Positions 40,553 to 50,292 are shown, numbered from the stretch's first letter. The stretch is 64,000 bases of DNA from an uncultured archaeon (GCA_963817525.1 CAWFOU010000007.1:512001-576000); one strand, 5' to 3'. The notes: generated by a model from the sequence alone, not told the origin. Translations and numbers: made by a program.

Positions 40553-40837
40553 TCAAGGCCCGCCCCAGATCTCCTTGAGCCGAAGCGGGTCTGCGGCTGC
40601 GGCCTTGGCGCGGCTCTTCTTCAGCATGCCTTGTGTGCGCTTGATGAATTCGTCCGGTCCTACGCTTTTCGTCAATATGACTGCCGAACCGCCGCTCACG
40701 CCGCTCTTCTCGAGCCTGACTCTGATCCTGCTCCCCTCATTCAATCCGAGTTCCTTGCGCACGTCTTCGGGAATCACTATCCTCCCCTTCGAGTCCATCG
40801 TTGCCTCGTTCAAAGCAAATCCCACTGGTATTCCCAC
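40553..40837 (-). CDS. vapB: AbrB/MazE-type antitoxin (start uncertain)
   Basis: MDSKGRIVIPEDVRKELGLNEG; abuts the PIN gene. Confidence 0.88.
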   Translation of the reverse strand: MGIPVGFALNEATMDSKGRIVIPEDVRKELGLNEGSRIRVRLEKSGVSGGSAVILTKSVGPDEFIKRTQGMLKKSRAKAAAADPLRLKEIWGGP

Positions 40838-40871
40838 AGCCTCGTATTTAAGCGCCCCGCTTCACGCGCGG

Positions 40872-40900
40872 GGGTTCATCTCGCCGCCGCCGAGACTTTC
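40872..40900 (-). repeat. rRNA-trailer copy R13 (degenerate)
   Basis: GGGTTCATCTCGCCGCCGCCG. Confidence 0.6.
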
Positions 40901-40905
40901 GCGCG

Positions 40906-41217
40906 TTGGTCTATCGCGGAGGACGGGTACCTCGGCTTTGCACGAAAAAGACCGAAAGTCCCGAGAATAGTCGTATATCCATAAAGGGAATCTGCAAAGA
41001 GGGCGACCAGACTGACAGGAGGCGAAGACGCATCTCCGATGATCGCTTGAAGGGTTCCGTCAGATACGCCAGGGTTGTTCCCCTAGGGCCCGGTAGGACG
41101 CTTCAAATCGAGTGGCATGAGGAATTCTACCTCGGGACAAAGACCGCGGAGGAGATAACGTTCTCGATGGAGGCCAGGATGAGACGGATCTTGCAAGAGG
41201 CCGGAGTCATCAGGTAG
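40906..41217 (+). CDS. Hypothetical protein or gene fragment
   Basis: ORF begins 6 bp after R13. Confidence 0.35.
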   Translation: MVYRGGRVPRLCTKKTESPENSRISIKGICKEGDQTDRRRRRISDDRLKGSVRYARVVPLGPGRTLQIEWHEEFYLGTKTAEEITFSMEARMRRILQEAGVIR

Positions 41218-41627
41218 ACTTGAATCTGTTTGCCGGTTCCAGAGAAATGGCCGAACCCCTAGTCGCCCCCTCAGCCGCGGTCCGGCAATCCTCGAGGTCA
41301 TCGTCTGTAGTCCTAATCGCGAGCCCCATGTCAGCCTGCCGCTTTAACGCCGGGCAGTGCTCCCCCGGCCAGATATGAAAACTCGTCATGCACCAGCTGA
41401 ATTCCTCGTCGGAAGGGTTGCGCCTGGGAGGTGCCTTGGTCTTGACAATCGCTGTCGCCAAAGAACCATTGGGAGGTTGAGATTCAACCGTGTTCAACAC
41501 CCGTCTGCGATAGCCCTTGTGTTATCGCTCTTCTTTGATGGAATTCGCTAGATCATTGTGCGAAGCCTCGAGACGGGAAGGCAATGGAGCGTCAAATTAT
41601 TAAGCTCCCGGAAGCGCAACAGAGCAC

Positions 41628-42623
41628 GTGGAGACGCCAAGCGACGGAAAGAAGGCAGGACACGAGTTCCCGCGGGTATCCGTAGACGACGCTTCCGCCG
41701 ACCTGAGGGCGATGAAGGTCCGTGGCGGGAGCCGGGTCGCCAGGTACGCCGTGCAGGCCCTCAGGGACTATGCCAAAGATTCCAGCGGAGCGAAGAGCCC
41801 GAAAGCATACCTGGACCCCATACTCAAGGCGGGAGAGAAGCTCAAGTCGGCGAGGCCGACGGCCTTCGCGCTGACCAACGGCGTCAACTACGTCCTCAAC
41901 GCGGGAGCGAGGAGCCTCGAATCGGGAGGCCCCGTCGAGGAGATAAGGAACGCGGCGGTGAACGCCGCGAACGACTTTATCGCATACACCCTGGACGCGG
42001 TGAGGATCATAGGGGAGATTGGCGCCGAACGCATCAAGAACGGCGACACCATCATCACCCACTCGGACAGCGAGGCCGCGATGAGCGTCATGAGGAGGGC
42101 GCACGACATCGGGAAGGGGATCAGGGTCTACTGCACCGAGACGAGGCCGAACTACCAGGGACGCAGGACTGCCGCGACGCTCGCCGCCTACGGCATAGAC
42201 ACCACGCTGATCTGCGACTCAGCTTGCAGGGTGAAGATGGGAGACGCGGACAAGGCGATAGTGGGGTGCGACGCGATCTCCGGGAACGGAGCGCTGGTGA
42301 GCAAGATTGGCGTCTCTCAGGTGGCCATGCTCGCGCAGGAGGCGCGGGTGAACTTCATCGTCGCCGCCGAGACCTACAAGGTGGACTTTAGGACGCTGAC
42401 CGGGAAGCTGATCGATGCCGAGCAAAGGGACCCCACCGAGATCGCCGCGAAGGAGTGGATGGAGCGCAACCCCAAGGTGAAGTTCAGCAACCACGTCTTC
42501 GATTTCACCCCGCCCGAGTACATCGACTTCTACGTGACTGAGAAGGGCATCATGCCGCCGGCGGGGATCTTCACGCTGATGCAAGAGCTGCGCGACGAGT
42601 ACGGCCCGCGCTCCTTCGTGTAA
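41628..42623 (+). CDS. Ribose-1,5-bisphosphate isomerase/eIF2B-family protein
   Basis: MKVRG, RPTA, ETRP, GCDAI, AAETYK, RDPTE, FDFTP. Confidence 0.85.
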   Translation: METPSDGKKAGHEFPRVSVDDASADLRAMKVRGGSRVARYAVQALRDYAKDSSGAKSPKAYLDPILKAGEKLKSARPTAFALTNGVNYVLNAGARSLESGGPVEEIRNAAVNAANDFIAYTLDAVRIIGEIGAERIKNGDTIITHSDSEAAMSVMRRAHDIGKGIRVYCTETRPNYQGRRTAATLAAYGIDTTLICDSACRVKMGDADKAIVGCDAISGNGALVSKIGVSQVAMLAQEARVNFIVAAETYKVDFRTLTGKLIDAEQRDPTEIAAKEWMERNPKVKFSNHVFDFTPPEYIDFYVTEKGIMPPAGIFTLMQELRDEYGPRSFV

Positions 42624-42690
42624 TCGTTATCGCCGCCCTATCGGCGTGCCGCTGCAATGTCTGGGCTGGCCCGGGGCATTCGGCAAAGGT

Positions 42691-42915
42691 CTAGGGCTCG
42701 TTCGCGAGGATGTCCTCCCACGTCCTGTTGCCCTCTACCCAGTTGTGGTTGGCCTCGTCGATCATCGAGCGGAACACGGCGATGAGCTCTAGTACCGAGA
42801 CCGTGCGCTTCCCAAACTCCCTCGCGTTCAGCTCCTTCGCGTACTTGTAGGCCTCCCTCCACATCCTCGTCTTGAGCTCGTAAACTATCTTGCTGTCGTA
42901 GTCAGATTTGTGCAA
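42691..42915 (-). CDS. Small hypothetical protein
   Basis: 74-aa ORF with host-like codons. Confidence 0.5.
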   Translation of the reverse strand: MHKSDYDSKIVYELKTRMWREAYKYAKELNAREFGKRTVSVLELIAVFRSMIDEANHNWVEGNRTWEDILANEP

Positions 42916-43129
42916 GGGTCTCGTGAACTACTGAAAAGTGAAGGGAGCCCCTTGGTTATTTGGAGTGTGAATTTCTGCTATATATTAGCCAGCCCCTTCC
43001 GGTAGAGGGGGAGAGCCTGCTCGCGTGTTGGGCTACAATCAGCCGGGGGCCACCAAAACATGGGGACACAGACCCGACTTTAGCTTGGGGAGAATCCTTA
43101 AGTAAACCACTTGGTTAACTATTGCCGAG

Positions 43130-43564
43130 ATGTCTAACCTGCAAACCGAGAAAGCGATGAAGAAGGGGGAGCCGATGGCTGTAGTCCAGGAAAAGGTGCT
43201 GTCGAGGACGATCAAGGAGATAACGCCGTTCGGCGTGAAGCTCGAGCTCAACACGGAGGGTGTTGTCACCGGGGAGCTTTACACGGCCCAGCACATGGAG
43301 ACGGTCAACCTCTTCCAGAAGACCGACGGCACCTTCGAGAGCGAGGCCAGAGCCATAGAGACGACGAAGGAGGGCGACGTCCTGGTGATATCGTACAAGG
43401 GGACTGGAAGGCAGACCGGGCTGACCACGCTGTGGGGGGAGAGCGAGGGGATCATAATGACCCAGTCCAAGAGGCTCGCGCAGCTGAACAACTCGCGGCT
43501 AAGAGCCGAAGTGAACGCTGACTATGCGACCGGGGTCGTCCAGGTAAAGTACTACGAGCCGTAG
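43130..43564 (+). CDS. Hypothetical beta-rich protein
   Basis: 144-aa ORF with host-like codons. Confidence 0.6.
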   Translation: MSNLQTEKAMKKGEPMAVVQEKVLSRTIKEITPFGVKLELNTEGVVTGELYTAQHMETVNLFQKTDGTFESEARAIETTKEGDVLVISYKGTGRQTGLTTLWGESEGIIMTQSKRLAQLNNSRLRAEVNADYATGVVQVKYYEP

Positions 43565-43666
43565 TTGACCGGGCGACTCGAACCAGGGAGACAGCGTCCC
43601 CGGCTCTGGGAGACCGGGACGCTCGACCCAATGATTAAATGTGAAGGGGCGGAGTGAGCAGGCGGA

Positions 43667-44098
43667 TTGCCAAGGAAGGCTTCGGGATTCGAGGAAAGGC
43701 GCTCCCTCTCTCCCGGCCGCCCCGGAAGGTCAATCTCAAGAGGGTCCTCGGAAAAATCTTTGAGGGGTAGGAGACGGAGTTCCTCTGCCAGTCTCGACCT
43801 CGTGTTCTCGGCGCTGTCGAGCCCGACCCGACGAGAAATCCTCGACATGCTTTCGCGGGGGGAGTCCTCGGTGTCCAAGCTCGCGGCGCCGTTCCAGATG
43901 TCCCTCCCCGCGATATCGAAACACCTACGAGTGCTCGAAAAGGCCCAGGTGATAACCAAGGTGAAGGACGGGCGGGTCTACCTCTGCAGGCTGGAGCCGG
44001 AGACGCTCCAAAGGGCCGCAAGCTGGATCAACTCCTATGGCGCGCTGTGGGAGAGGCAGCTCGACTCGCTCAGCGACTATCTCGAGAAAGGGGAGTGA
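43667..44098 (+). CDS. ArsR/SmtB regulator (start uncertain)
   Basis: FSALSSPTRREIL, MSLPAISKHLRVLE. Confidence 0.9.
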   Translation: MPRKASGFEERRSLSPGRPGRSISRGSSEKSLRGRRRSSSASLDLVFSALSSPTRREILDMLSRGESSVSKLAAPFQMSLPAISKHLRVLEKAQVITKVKDGRVYLCRLEPETLQRAASWINSYGALWERQLDSLSDYLEKGE

Positions 44099-44104
44099 AA
44101 GGCG

Positions 44105-44539
44105 TTGGAGAGCGGTCATACGGAGACGATCCGAGTTCGCAAGGTCGTCCCTGCGCCAAAGGAGCGGGTATTCAGGGCGTGGACCGAGCCCTCTCAGGTG
44201 AAGCGCTGGTGGACGATAGGCGACGGGTGGAAGACCTCGTCCGTCGATGTCGACCTGAGGGTGGGAGGGCGGTTCACCGTCCGCAACGAGCAGGCCGGCG
44301 GGGACCCCCTGCTCATAACGGGAGAGTTCGTCGTGGTGCAACCTCCCGACAAGCTTGTCTACACGTGGCGTTTCCAGTTGCCAAAGCCCGAGGACACGCT
44401 GGTAACGGTCGAGTTCCGTGGCCTGGGCGACGCTACCGAGGTGTTCGTGACCCACGAGTACTCCTCGAAAGATATGGGACCCAGCGCGGTGGCGGGATGG
44501 AATGCGGCCCTTGAGGGGCTTGCCTCTCTGCTCAGATGA
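44105..44539 (+). CDS. SRPBCC/Aha1-domain protein
   Basis: APKERVFRAWTEP..WW, DLRVGG, GW..LE; classic ArsR partner. Confidence 0.88.
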   Translation: MESGHTETIRVRKVVPAPKERVFRAWTEPSQVKRWWTIGDGWKTSSVDVDLRVGGRFTVRNEQAGGDPLLITGEFVVVQPPDKLVYTWRFQLPKPEDTLVTVEFRGLGDATEVFVTHEYSSKDMGPSAVAGWNAALEGLASLLR

Positions 44540-44577
44540 TTTGGTTTAGGGGAAGTATCCGCCACAGAGCATTCCAT

Positions 44578-45033
44578 TCACGCGTTGGGCTTCGCTCGCC
44601 TCGGCCTTTTCGTCCGGTCTGACCCGTCGTCCCGAGGGGCCTCCCGGGGCCTCGTGGCCTGGTATCTGTCGATGATCCGTCGCGCAGAGAATGCTAGCGT
44701 CGGCTGGGACCCGGTGTAGTAGGCGACCTTCTTGATCTCCCTGCTCGGCTTGGGCACGCCCTTCGCCTTCGCGAGGAACACCTTGTGGGCGTTCCGGAAT
44801 ATGCCCCCTCGGGGGCCCGCGTTGGTCTGCCCGAGGAACTCGAAGAGGTACACCGCGTCGGTCGCGTCCAGGCCTGTCTCCTCCTTGAGCTCTCTTATCG
44901 CCGCGTCCCCGTCGGACTCGTCGGGGCGGGCGCCCCCTCCCGGTAGGGTGAAGAGGTGGCCGTCCTTGCTGACGACAAGGATCCCGCTGGCACTCTCAAC
45001 GATGGCGGTGCCCCTCCTCCTCACGTAGACCAT
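44578..45033 (-). CDS. NUDIX hydrolase (paralog of 10986..11387)
   Basis: PGGG...ESD..AAIRELKEETG. Confidence 0.85.
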   Translation of the reverse strand: MVYVRRRGTAIVESASGILVVSKDGHLFTLPGGGARPDESDGDAAIRELKEETGLDATDAVYLFEFLGQTNAGPRGGIFRNAHKVFLAKAKGVPKPSREIKKVAYYTGSQPTLAFSARRIIDRYQATRPREAPRDDGSDRTKRPRRAKPNA

Positions 45034-45071
45034 CGCGGGTGCCCGCAAGGCATCCCGATATAATCGTCAAG

Positions 45072-45112
45072 GCCTGCATGGCAGTTTCCTTGCGCCCCGC
45101 CGGGGCGTTTCA
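45072..45112 (-). repeat. rRNA-trailer copy R12
   Basis: TTGCGCCCCGCCGGGGCGTTTCA. Confidence 0.7.
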
Positions 45113-45730
45113 CCGATTCCTAGCCCTGAGCTGGTTCAGCGCGCCTCCGAGAGTCCTGGCTCCCGTCTGCCTCAGTATCTCCCACTCATAGTCTCTCATC
45201 AGCGGGGTCTCAATCCCTCTTTTCTTTGCGTCCATCAGGTACGTGATCCCGTCGTTCCCGCGCGACGCCGTGGGCACGCTGTGGATGGCCAATTCAGCCA
45301 GCGTCTTCGCCGAGAGGGGGTCTATGTTTTGCCCGATCTTGGTGTACAACATGGTTCGAACTCCCGAGAGGTCATGGATCGTCTCCACGATGACGTCGTT
45401 GAGGCCGATGACGCCCGGGCGGCGATATCTCTGTCGACCGGTCTGGTGGGTCTCTCTTCGCCAGAGCATGTCTGCCACCGAGTCTGGAGCGATGTCGTCC
45501 CTGATGACCAGGATCTCTGCATTGACTCGGGACCCTCCGCTGACGACCGGGACCAGGGTCGGGGCGTATCCTCTGGTCTTGCTTTTCCGCGCAAATTCCA
45601 CGTTGAACGGGGTCTCCACGTTCTTGATGCGCCTGACGGTGACCGACGCGATCTCAGGTCCGGGAGAAACAATCAACGAGCCAAAGGCAAGGATCCCGGT
45701 GTTGGCCGGACCCTGGTCTGTCGGCGTCAT
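45110..45730 (-). CDS. Gamma-glutamylcyclotransferase (ChaC-like) fold protein
   Basis: ILAFGSLI, RG..PTLVP, LWRRE; stop codon lies in R12. Confidence 0.6.
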   Translation of the reverse strand: MTPTDQGPANTGILAFGSLIVSPGPEIASVTVRRIKNVETPFNVEFARKSKTRGYAPTLVPVVSGGSRVNAEILVIRDDIAPDSVADMLWRRETHQTGRQRYRRPGVIGLNDVIVETIHDLSGVRTMLYTKIGQNIDPLSAKTLAELAIHSVPTASRGNDGITYLMDAKKRGIETPLMRDYEWEILRQTGARTLGGALNQLRARNR

Positions 45731-46029
45731 GGGTCGGTGTACCAGCCGTCCGGGGAGCCCGCAAAGTTCTCCGGGCACGTGGTCACGCGGCCGAGCCTGA
45801 ACTGGAGCCAGACCTTGTCCGCCCTCCTCGTTATCTTGACCACCTCGCCTTCCCACGCTTTCTGGGGGGTCCTCATCTCCTTGTCCACCTTGACGAAGAC
45901 CGCCGGAGTGTTGTCCGCCAGCCTCTCGGGGTTCATCACGCCGCCGCGAAGCATCTCGTAGGGATACGAGGAGACGTTGCCGACCCCGTCCCAGTGGTTC
46001 GACCGGCTGGTGATCAGGACGTATCTCAA
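45727..46029 (-). CDS. Hypothetical protein
   Basis: ATGA overlap with the downstream gene. Confidence 0.55.
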   Translation of the reverse strand: MRYVLITSRSNHWDGVGNVSSYPYEMLRGGVMNPERLADNTPAVFVKVDKEMRTPQKAWEGEVVKITRRADKVWLQFRLGRVTTCPENFAGSPDGWYTDP

Positions 46030-46082
46030 GGTGGGAGTGCCGTCGCGGCCGGCCGGGTAGATAACGCTTCGAGCCGCGCGAG

Positions 46083-46244
46083 CTAGCTCTTCGACCTGTT
46101 GCTTTCTCGCTGAGCCGACTTCTTGAGTCGGTTAAGTTCGGCGAGTTTTTCCTTGTACTCCTTCTTCTTCTTCTTGTTTCCTTGCACGCGCGCCTGGTCG
46201 TATAGCTTCCTCAGGTTCTCCTCCTCTGACGCGCTGTCGGACAA
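46083..46244 (-). CDS. Small basic protein (53 aa)
   Basis: Manual: MSDSASEEENLRKLYDQARVQGNKKKKKEYKEKL... Confidence 0.4.
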   Translation of the reverse strand: MSDSASEEENLRKLYDQARVQGNKKKKKEYKEKLAELNRLKKSAQRESNRSKS

Positions 46245-46391
46245 CTTTGGAATTAGGGCGGCGAAGCCGTAGTTATGTCTTTCAGGTTCGGTCTGTTCCC
46301 TGTTCTTGCCGCCTCGGCCGACATGAACCCGACTGAGCGGTGAGACGGAGGGTCATACGTTATAAGCCAGCATCCCCTCGAAACACCAAGA

Positions 46392-46643
46392 ATGTCGTGG
46401 CTGAGAGACAAGAAGCTTGTGCTAGCCAAGAAGGCTAGAAAGGGAGACACCAACTACCTCCACGCCCAACTTCTCCTGGCCGGGGGGAAGGTGGTCAGCG
46501 ACGAGATAGTGGGCAGGTCTCATTCATACTATTTCGACTGCGGCTGCGTCAGGTCTTATTCGGTCAGCGTCGAGTCCGTTGCATCTGAGAGCGTCTCAGC
46601 TTGTAAGGTGCACAAAGACCTTCTGAGCCGCCACAACAGATGA
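46392..46643 (+). CDS. Small Cys/His-containing hypothetical protein
   Basis: FDCGC...CKVH. Confidence 0.5.
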   Translation: MSWLRDKKLVLAKKARKGDTNYLHAQLLLAGGKVVSDEIVGRSHSYYFDCGCVRSYSVSVESVASESVSACKVHKDLLSRHNR

Positions 46644-46670
46644 AGCCTTGGTCACCTGGACCGTCAAGCC

Positions 46671-46692
46671 CGAAATATATATACTATATATA
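46671..46692 (+). promoter_or_regulatory. BRE plus tandem TATA boxes upstream of tbp
   Basis: CGAAA TATATATA C TATATATA, ending 26 nt before the ATG. Confidence 0.65.
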
Positions 46693-46717
46693 GGGTCGAG
46701 TTCTGCGCGTCTCCGTT

Positions 46718-47275
46718 ATGCCCCAAACGAAGGCGATAGTGAGCATCGAGAACGTCGTAGCTTCTGCCTCGATAAACCAGAGGGTCGACCTGAACGAGAT
46801 AACAAAGAAATTTGTTGACGTGGAGTACCACCCCGACCAGTTCCCCGGGCTGGTCTTCAGACTGAAGAGCCCGAAGACGGCCACCCTGATCTTCAGCTCC
46901 GGGAAGATGGTGTGCACGGGCGCGAAGTCTGAGAAGCAGTCGAGAGAGGCTGTGAACGAGGTCGTCAGGAGGCTGAAGAAGGGCGGAATCTCCATCAAGA
47001 ACGAGGCGGAGATAACGATACAGAACATGGTGGCTTCGGCGAACCTCGGTGGGAAGGTCCACCTGGAGGAGGCGGCCAGGACGCTGCCAAAGTCGATGTA
47101 CGAGCCCGAGCAGTTCCCTGGCCTGATACACAGGATGGCCGACCCCAAGACCGTGATACTCCTCTTCGCCTCTGGGAAGCTGGTCTGCACCGGAGCCAAG
47201 AAGGAGGCCGACGTCTACAGGTCCGTGAACAACCTACACGTGATGCTCGAAGAAAAGAACCTAATGGTCTACTGA
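46718..47275 (+). CDS. tbp: TATA-box binding protein
   Basis: Two repeats N.VAS...Y.P..FPGL...F.SGK.VCTGAK; thaumarchaeal-type termini. Confidence 0.98.
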   Translation: MPQTKAIVSIENVVASASINQRVDLNEITKKFVDVEYHPDQFPGLVFRLKSPKTATLIFSSGKMVCTGAKSEKQSREAVNEVVRRLKKGGISIKNEAEITIQNMVASANLGGKVHLEEAARTLPKSMYEPEQFPGLIHRMADPKTVILLFASGKLVCTGAKKEADVYRSVNNLHVMLEEKNLMVY

Positions 47276-47317
47276 CCGCTTCGCGAGCCGGTGACGTTCA
47301 CTTGGTTTCGGACAGCG

Positions 47318-47692
47318 TTAAAGCCCCTGCAGCAGGATTTCTTTCGCTTCGTTGATGTCCTTCATCTTTTCTGCCGACCCCCCGGGTCTGTCCGGGTGCC
47401 ACACCATGGCCATCTTCTTGTACGCCTCCTTGATCTCGTCCTCGGTCGCGCCGGCCCTGACGCCCAAGACCTGGGCGGCCCTCGGGATCTCTTTGACGGC
47501 GCCTAGGTCAAACGGATTGCGACGGTCGTCGTCCTGTCCCGGCCTTCGACGATTATTGTAGGGGTCTCTTTCACGCTGCCTTCTGACCCGCTCCTCGTCG
47601 GCGCGCCATAGTTGCTCGTAGATCATTCTGCGTCGTTCCTCCGTGCGCGCCCAATCCTCTGCTTCCGTCTCCTCCTGTGCTTGCGTCCGCAT
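47318..47692 (-). CDS. C-terminal J-domain protein (possibly 5'-truncated)
   Basis: VLGV...EIKEAYKK...WHPDR..MKDINEA. Confidence 0.75.
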   Translation of the reverse strand: MRTQAQEETEAEDWARTEERRRMIYEQLWRADEERVRRQRERDPYNNRRRPGQDDDRRNPFDLGAVKEIPRAAQVLGVRAGATEDEIKEAYKKMAMVWHPDRPGGSAEKMKDINEAKEILLQGL

Positions 47693-47836
47693 CCCCCAGG
47701 TTCGGCCTTGTGTGGGTATTTAAACCGCAGATTCGCTATGTTTAGAGTCGCCGAAGGGGCTGCCTGCGATGGATAGATTGGGGCCGGGGGATTACCAGAG
47801 CAACCCCCTGTCGGAGGCCGTTCACCCCTTGGACCT

Positions 47837-48676
47837 TCAGGACTCGGACTGAACGCCCGAAGCCGGTTGAGCGACCTCGAAGGTCAGGCGGAGACTCTTG
47901 TGTGGCTCGTCGTAGGCGGAGTCTGTGAGGCGCACCACACTTCCGAAAACGGACTCGATGATCCCGGCCGTGGCACCGTTCAGAAAGTTGCTTCGCGGCA
48001 GCCCGCTCACGACCGCGTTCGGGGGCTCACCTATCTTGACCATGACTGCCCCCTCCTTCTCCAGCCTCGGGGCGTCGAACTCGAAGATCCCCCAGCCGGT
48101 GGTCCTCAGCCAGGACACCACGAGCGCAAGGAACTCTTCCGGTGCCGATCCTGGGAGCACCTCGCGGAGCTGGCGGAGGCTCTCAATAGTGTACTGCCTC
48201 CCCACCTCGAACATCAACGAGGCCCCCGCCGAGCCGAACGTCTCCAGCAGCCTCCTCTCGACGCCGAGGAGCGGCTCCAGGCTCATTATCAGGCCCCTGA
48301 CCTTCTCGGTGATCATCACGGGGAAGAGGAACTGGTCCACCGCGACCCCCGTCATGCTCACCGCCTCAACTCGCCTGACGAACTCGAGCCGCTTGAGGTC
48401 TTTGATGACGTGCTCCAGCGTGGACCGCGTCCGGGTGAAGTTCGCGAACGTGGTCCAGACGAACGCGCCCGGGGAGACGTTGTAGTATCCTCCGGACGGG
48501 GCGAGGTTCACGCCGTTGAGCGCCAGAACGTTGGCGAGCTTCGCAAGGGCGCCGACCTCGTCCTCGCCAGCGACGAGCAGCTCGTGCCACCTGTCGTCCC
48601 CCGATTTGGGGCCCTGAGGGCTGATTCCGACCACGCGCGGGTAGAGCTGGCTCAACCTGGCGGACCGGCTTCGCAC
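47837..48676 (-). CDS. ACT plus V4R-like domain protein
   Basis: DEVGALAKLANVLA..VNL; TGWGIFE; FLNGATAGII. Confidence 0.7.
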   Translation of the reverse strand: MRSRSARLSQLYPRVVGISPQGPKSGDDRWHELLVAGEDEVGALAKLANVLALNGVNLAPSGGYYNVSPGAFVWTTFANFTRTRSTLEHVIKDLKRLEFVRRVEAVSMTGVAVDQFLFPVMITEKVRGLIMSLEPLLGVERRLLETFGSAGASLMFEVGRQYTIESLRQLREVLPGSAPEEFLALVVSWLRTTGWGIFEFDAPRLEKEGAVMVKIGEPPNAVVSGLPRSNFLNGATAGIIESVFGSVVRLTDSAYDEPHKSLRLTFEVAQPASGVQSES

Positions 48677-48701
48677 GCGCTAGAATACCCTACGTATACA
48701 A

Positions 48702-49340
48702 GTGGTGTCACTCGTCCCACAAACGAATATATGGGGCGAGGTTCCGTTCGGGGGCATTGCCAAGAGCGTGACCCGGACGCTGCGCCTCGAGGAGGACCTC
48801 GACAGGGCGATTGTGAAGAGGGCCTCGAGCGATCGGGTCTCCGTGAACTTCCTTGTGAGCACGAGCCTGAGGAAGCTTGTGGATTGGGACATCCCGGTCG
48901 TGGAGTTCGGGATGGTGGTCGTGCCGGACCTCCTCCTCGCAAAGTTCTCCAGCGACAAGGACGAGGCGACGTTCGAGAGGTTCGGCAGGGAGCTGACGAG
49001 GGAGTTCACTGACCCGATGGTCACCTATGCGATTGGCGAGTTCACTGTGGCTTCGTGCGTCGAGTTCTTCAGAAGGGTCGCGCTCTATAGCGGGAGGTTC
49101 AAGTTCGACTTCGTGGAGGGCCGCGACAGCCGGAGCTACGTCATGATCATAAAACACGACCGCGGCCGCGCCTGGTCGAGGTACTACCTCGGTGTGCTGG
49201 ACGAGGTCTTCAACGTCCTTCTCGGCCAGGAGGCGAAGATCGCTTACACAGACTCGCTGTGCATCTGCCAGCTCAAGGTGCCGCAGCCAGAGAACCTGGT
49301 CGCTGGACGGGTGGCGCCATCACGATCTTCTGTGACCTGA
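48702..49340 (+). CDS. RHH-like plus V4R/HNOX-like regulator
   Basis: SVTRTLRLEEDL..VSVNFLV; KHDRGRAWS. Confidence 0.6.
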   Translation: MVSLVPQTNIWGEVPFGGIAKSVTRTLRLEEDLDRAIVKRASSDRVSVNFLVSTSLRKLVDWDIPVVEFGMVVVPDLLLAKFSSDKDEATFERFGRELTREFTDPMVTYAIGEFTVASCVEFFRRVALYSGRFKFDFVEGRDSRSYVMIIKHDRGRAWSRYYLGVLDEVFNVLLGQEAKIAYTDSLCICQLKVPQPENLVAGRVAPSRSSVT

Positions 49341-49836
49341 ACATCATGCTCTGGTGGACGTCGAAGAGGGCTGCGATTTGCGAAGGGTCGAGGGACCAGA
49401 AGCCCTCGGCTCTGTGGCAGCATAGGACGTTGCCGGTCTTGGAGAGGTCTTCGGACATCCCCTCGAGGGACATCTTTACGTCGAACCTGTCGTAGATAAG
49501 GTGGGCGAAGTCCCCCATCAGCACGGTGTGCGGACCTCCAACCTCGCCCAGGAACTCGGCCCTGAATGACGCCAGCACGCGTTCCTTGCTGTAGTCAGGT
49601 CTGCAGAACCCCCGCACATTCACGATCCTCGGACGCATGCCCCCGCGCCAAGCGCGTCCTCGGGTTTGGCTCGCGAAGTGGGAGGCGTCCGCGGCCGGAT
49701 GGGCGCTCAGAACCTTCAGGCGGTCGCATCTGACGTCGTTCTCCTCCAGGCAGGAGTCAATCTTCTTGTTCCGGTCCCGCATGTCCGTGTAGATGATTCC
49801 AACGTGCAAGAACCCGTCCCCGGCCCCTGCCCTCAT
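49273..49836 (-). CDS. MEDS-like sensory domain protein
   Basis: HVGIIY...VLCCH...LFDVH. Confidence 0.45.
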   Translation of the reverse strand: MRAGAGDGFLHVGIIYTDMRDRNKKIDSCLEENDVRCDRLKVLSAHPAADASHFASQTRGRAWRGGMRPRIVNVRGFCRPDYSKERVLASFRAEFLGEVGGPHTVLMGDFAHLIYDRFDVKMSLEGMSEDLSKTGNVLCCHRAEGFWSLDPSQIAALFDVHQSMMFRSQKIVMAPPVQRPGSLAAAP

Positions 49837-49880
49837 GTCTGAGAGGAGTTTCCTAGTTCATATTGAATGTTGCGAGTCCC

Positions 49881-49914
49881 GCGCAAGAGGGTTAGTTGAG
49901 CCTCCGCCGGGTCA
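49881..49914 (-). repeat. rRNA-trailer copy R11
   Basis: AGGGTTAGTTGAGCCTCCGCCGGG. Confidence 0.75.
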
Positions 49915-49954
49915 CCTGAAGGTGTGAACCTGGAACAACTTAGCGCAAGAAGCG

Positions 49955-50218
49955 CTATCGAGAAGAGACTTTGCTTTCGACCTGGCTGAGCCTTGCCTTG
50001 ATCTCCGCGATTTCCCGCACTTCGGGGAATCGCTTCTCCAAAGAACTGATCCTCTCATCGACGCGTCTTATCTCGGACTGGACGCCATCGAAACGCGCAT
50101 CCAGCACCTTCTCAAGATGCCCGACCTCATCGCTTACGATGCCGCGGACTTTGGATTCGAGGGTCGGGATGAGCAGCCTCTCCACCCAGCCGGGAATCTT
50201 CTCGGCCGCTTTTGACAC
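49955..50218 (-). CDS. Small coiled-coil protein (sole gene between R11 and R10)
   Basis: Heptads; TTAAATA-like box upstream. Confidence 0.7.
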   Translation of the reverse strand: MSKAAEKIPGWVERLLIPTLESKVRGIVSDEVGHLEKVLDARFDGVQSEIRRVDERISSLEKRFPEVREIAEIKARLSQVESKVSSR

Positions 50219-50253
50219 GGGCGTTTGATGTTGGCCTCTTATTTAAGAGCAAA

Positions 50254-50291
50254 TGCGCCGCCGTCGGGCATCTCACTCGCAGGTTGGGGCT
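50254..50291 (-). repeat. rRNA-trailer copy R10 (degenerate)
   Basis: TGCGCCGCCGTCGGGCATCTCACTCGCAGGTTG. Confidence 0.65.
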
Positions 50292-50292
50292 G

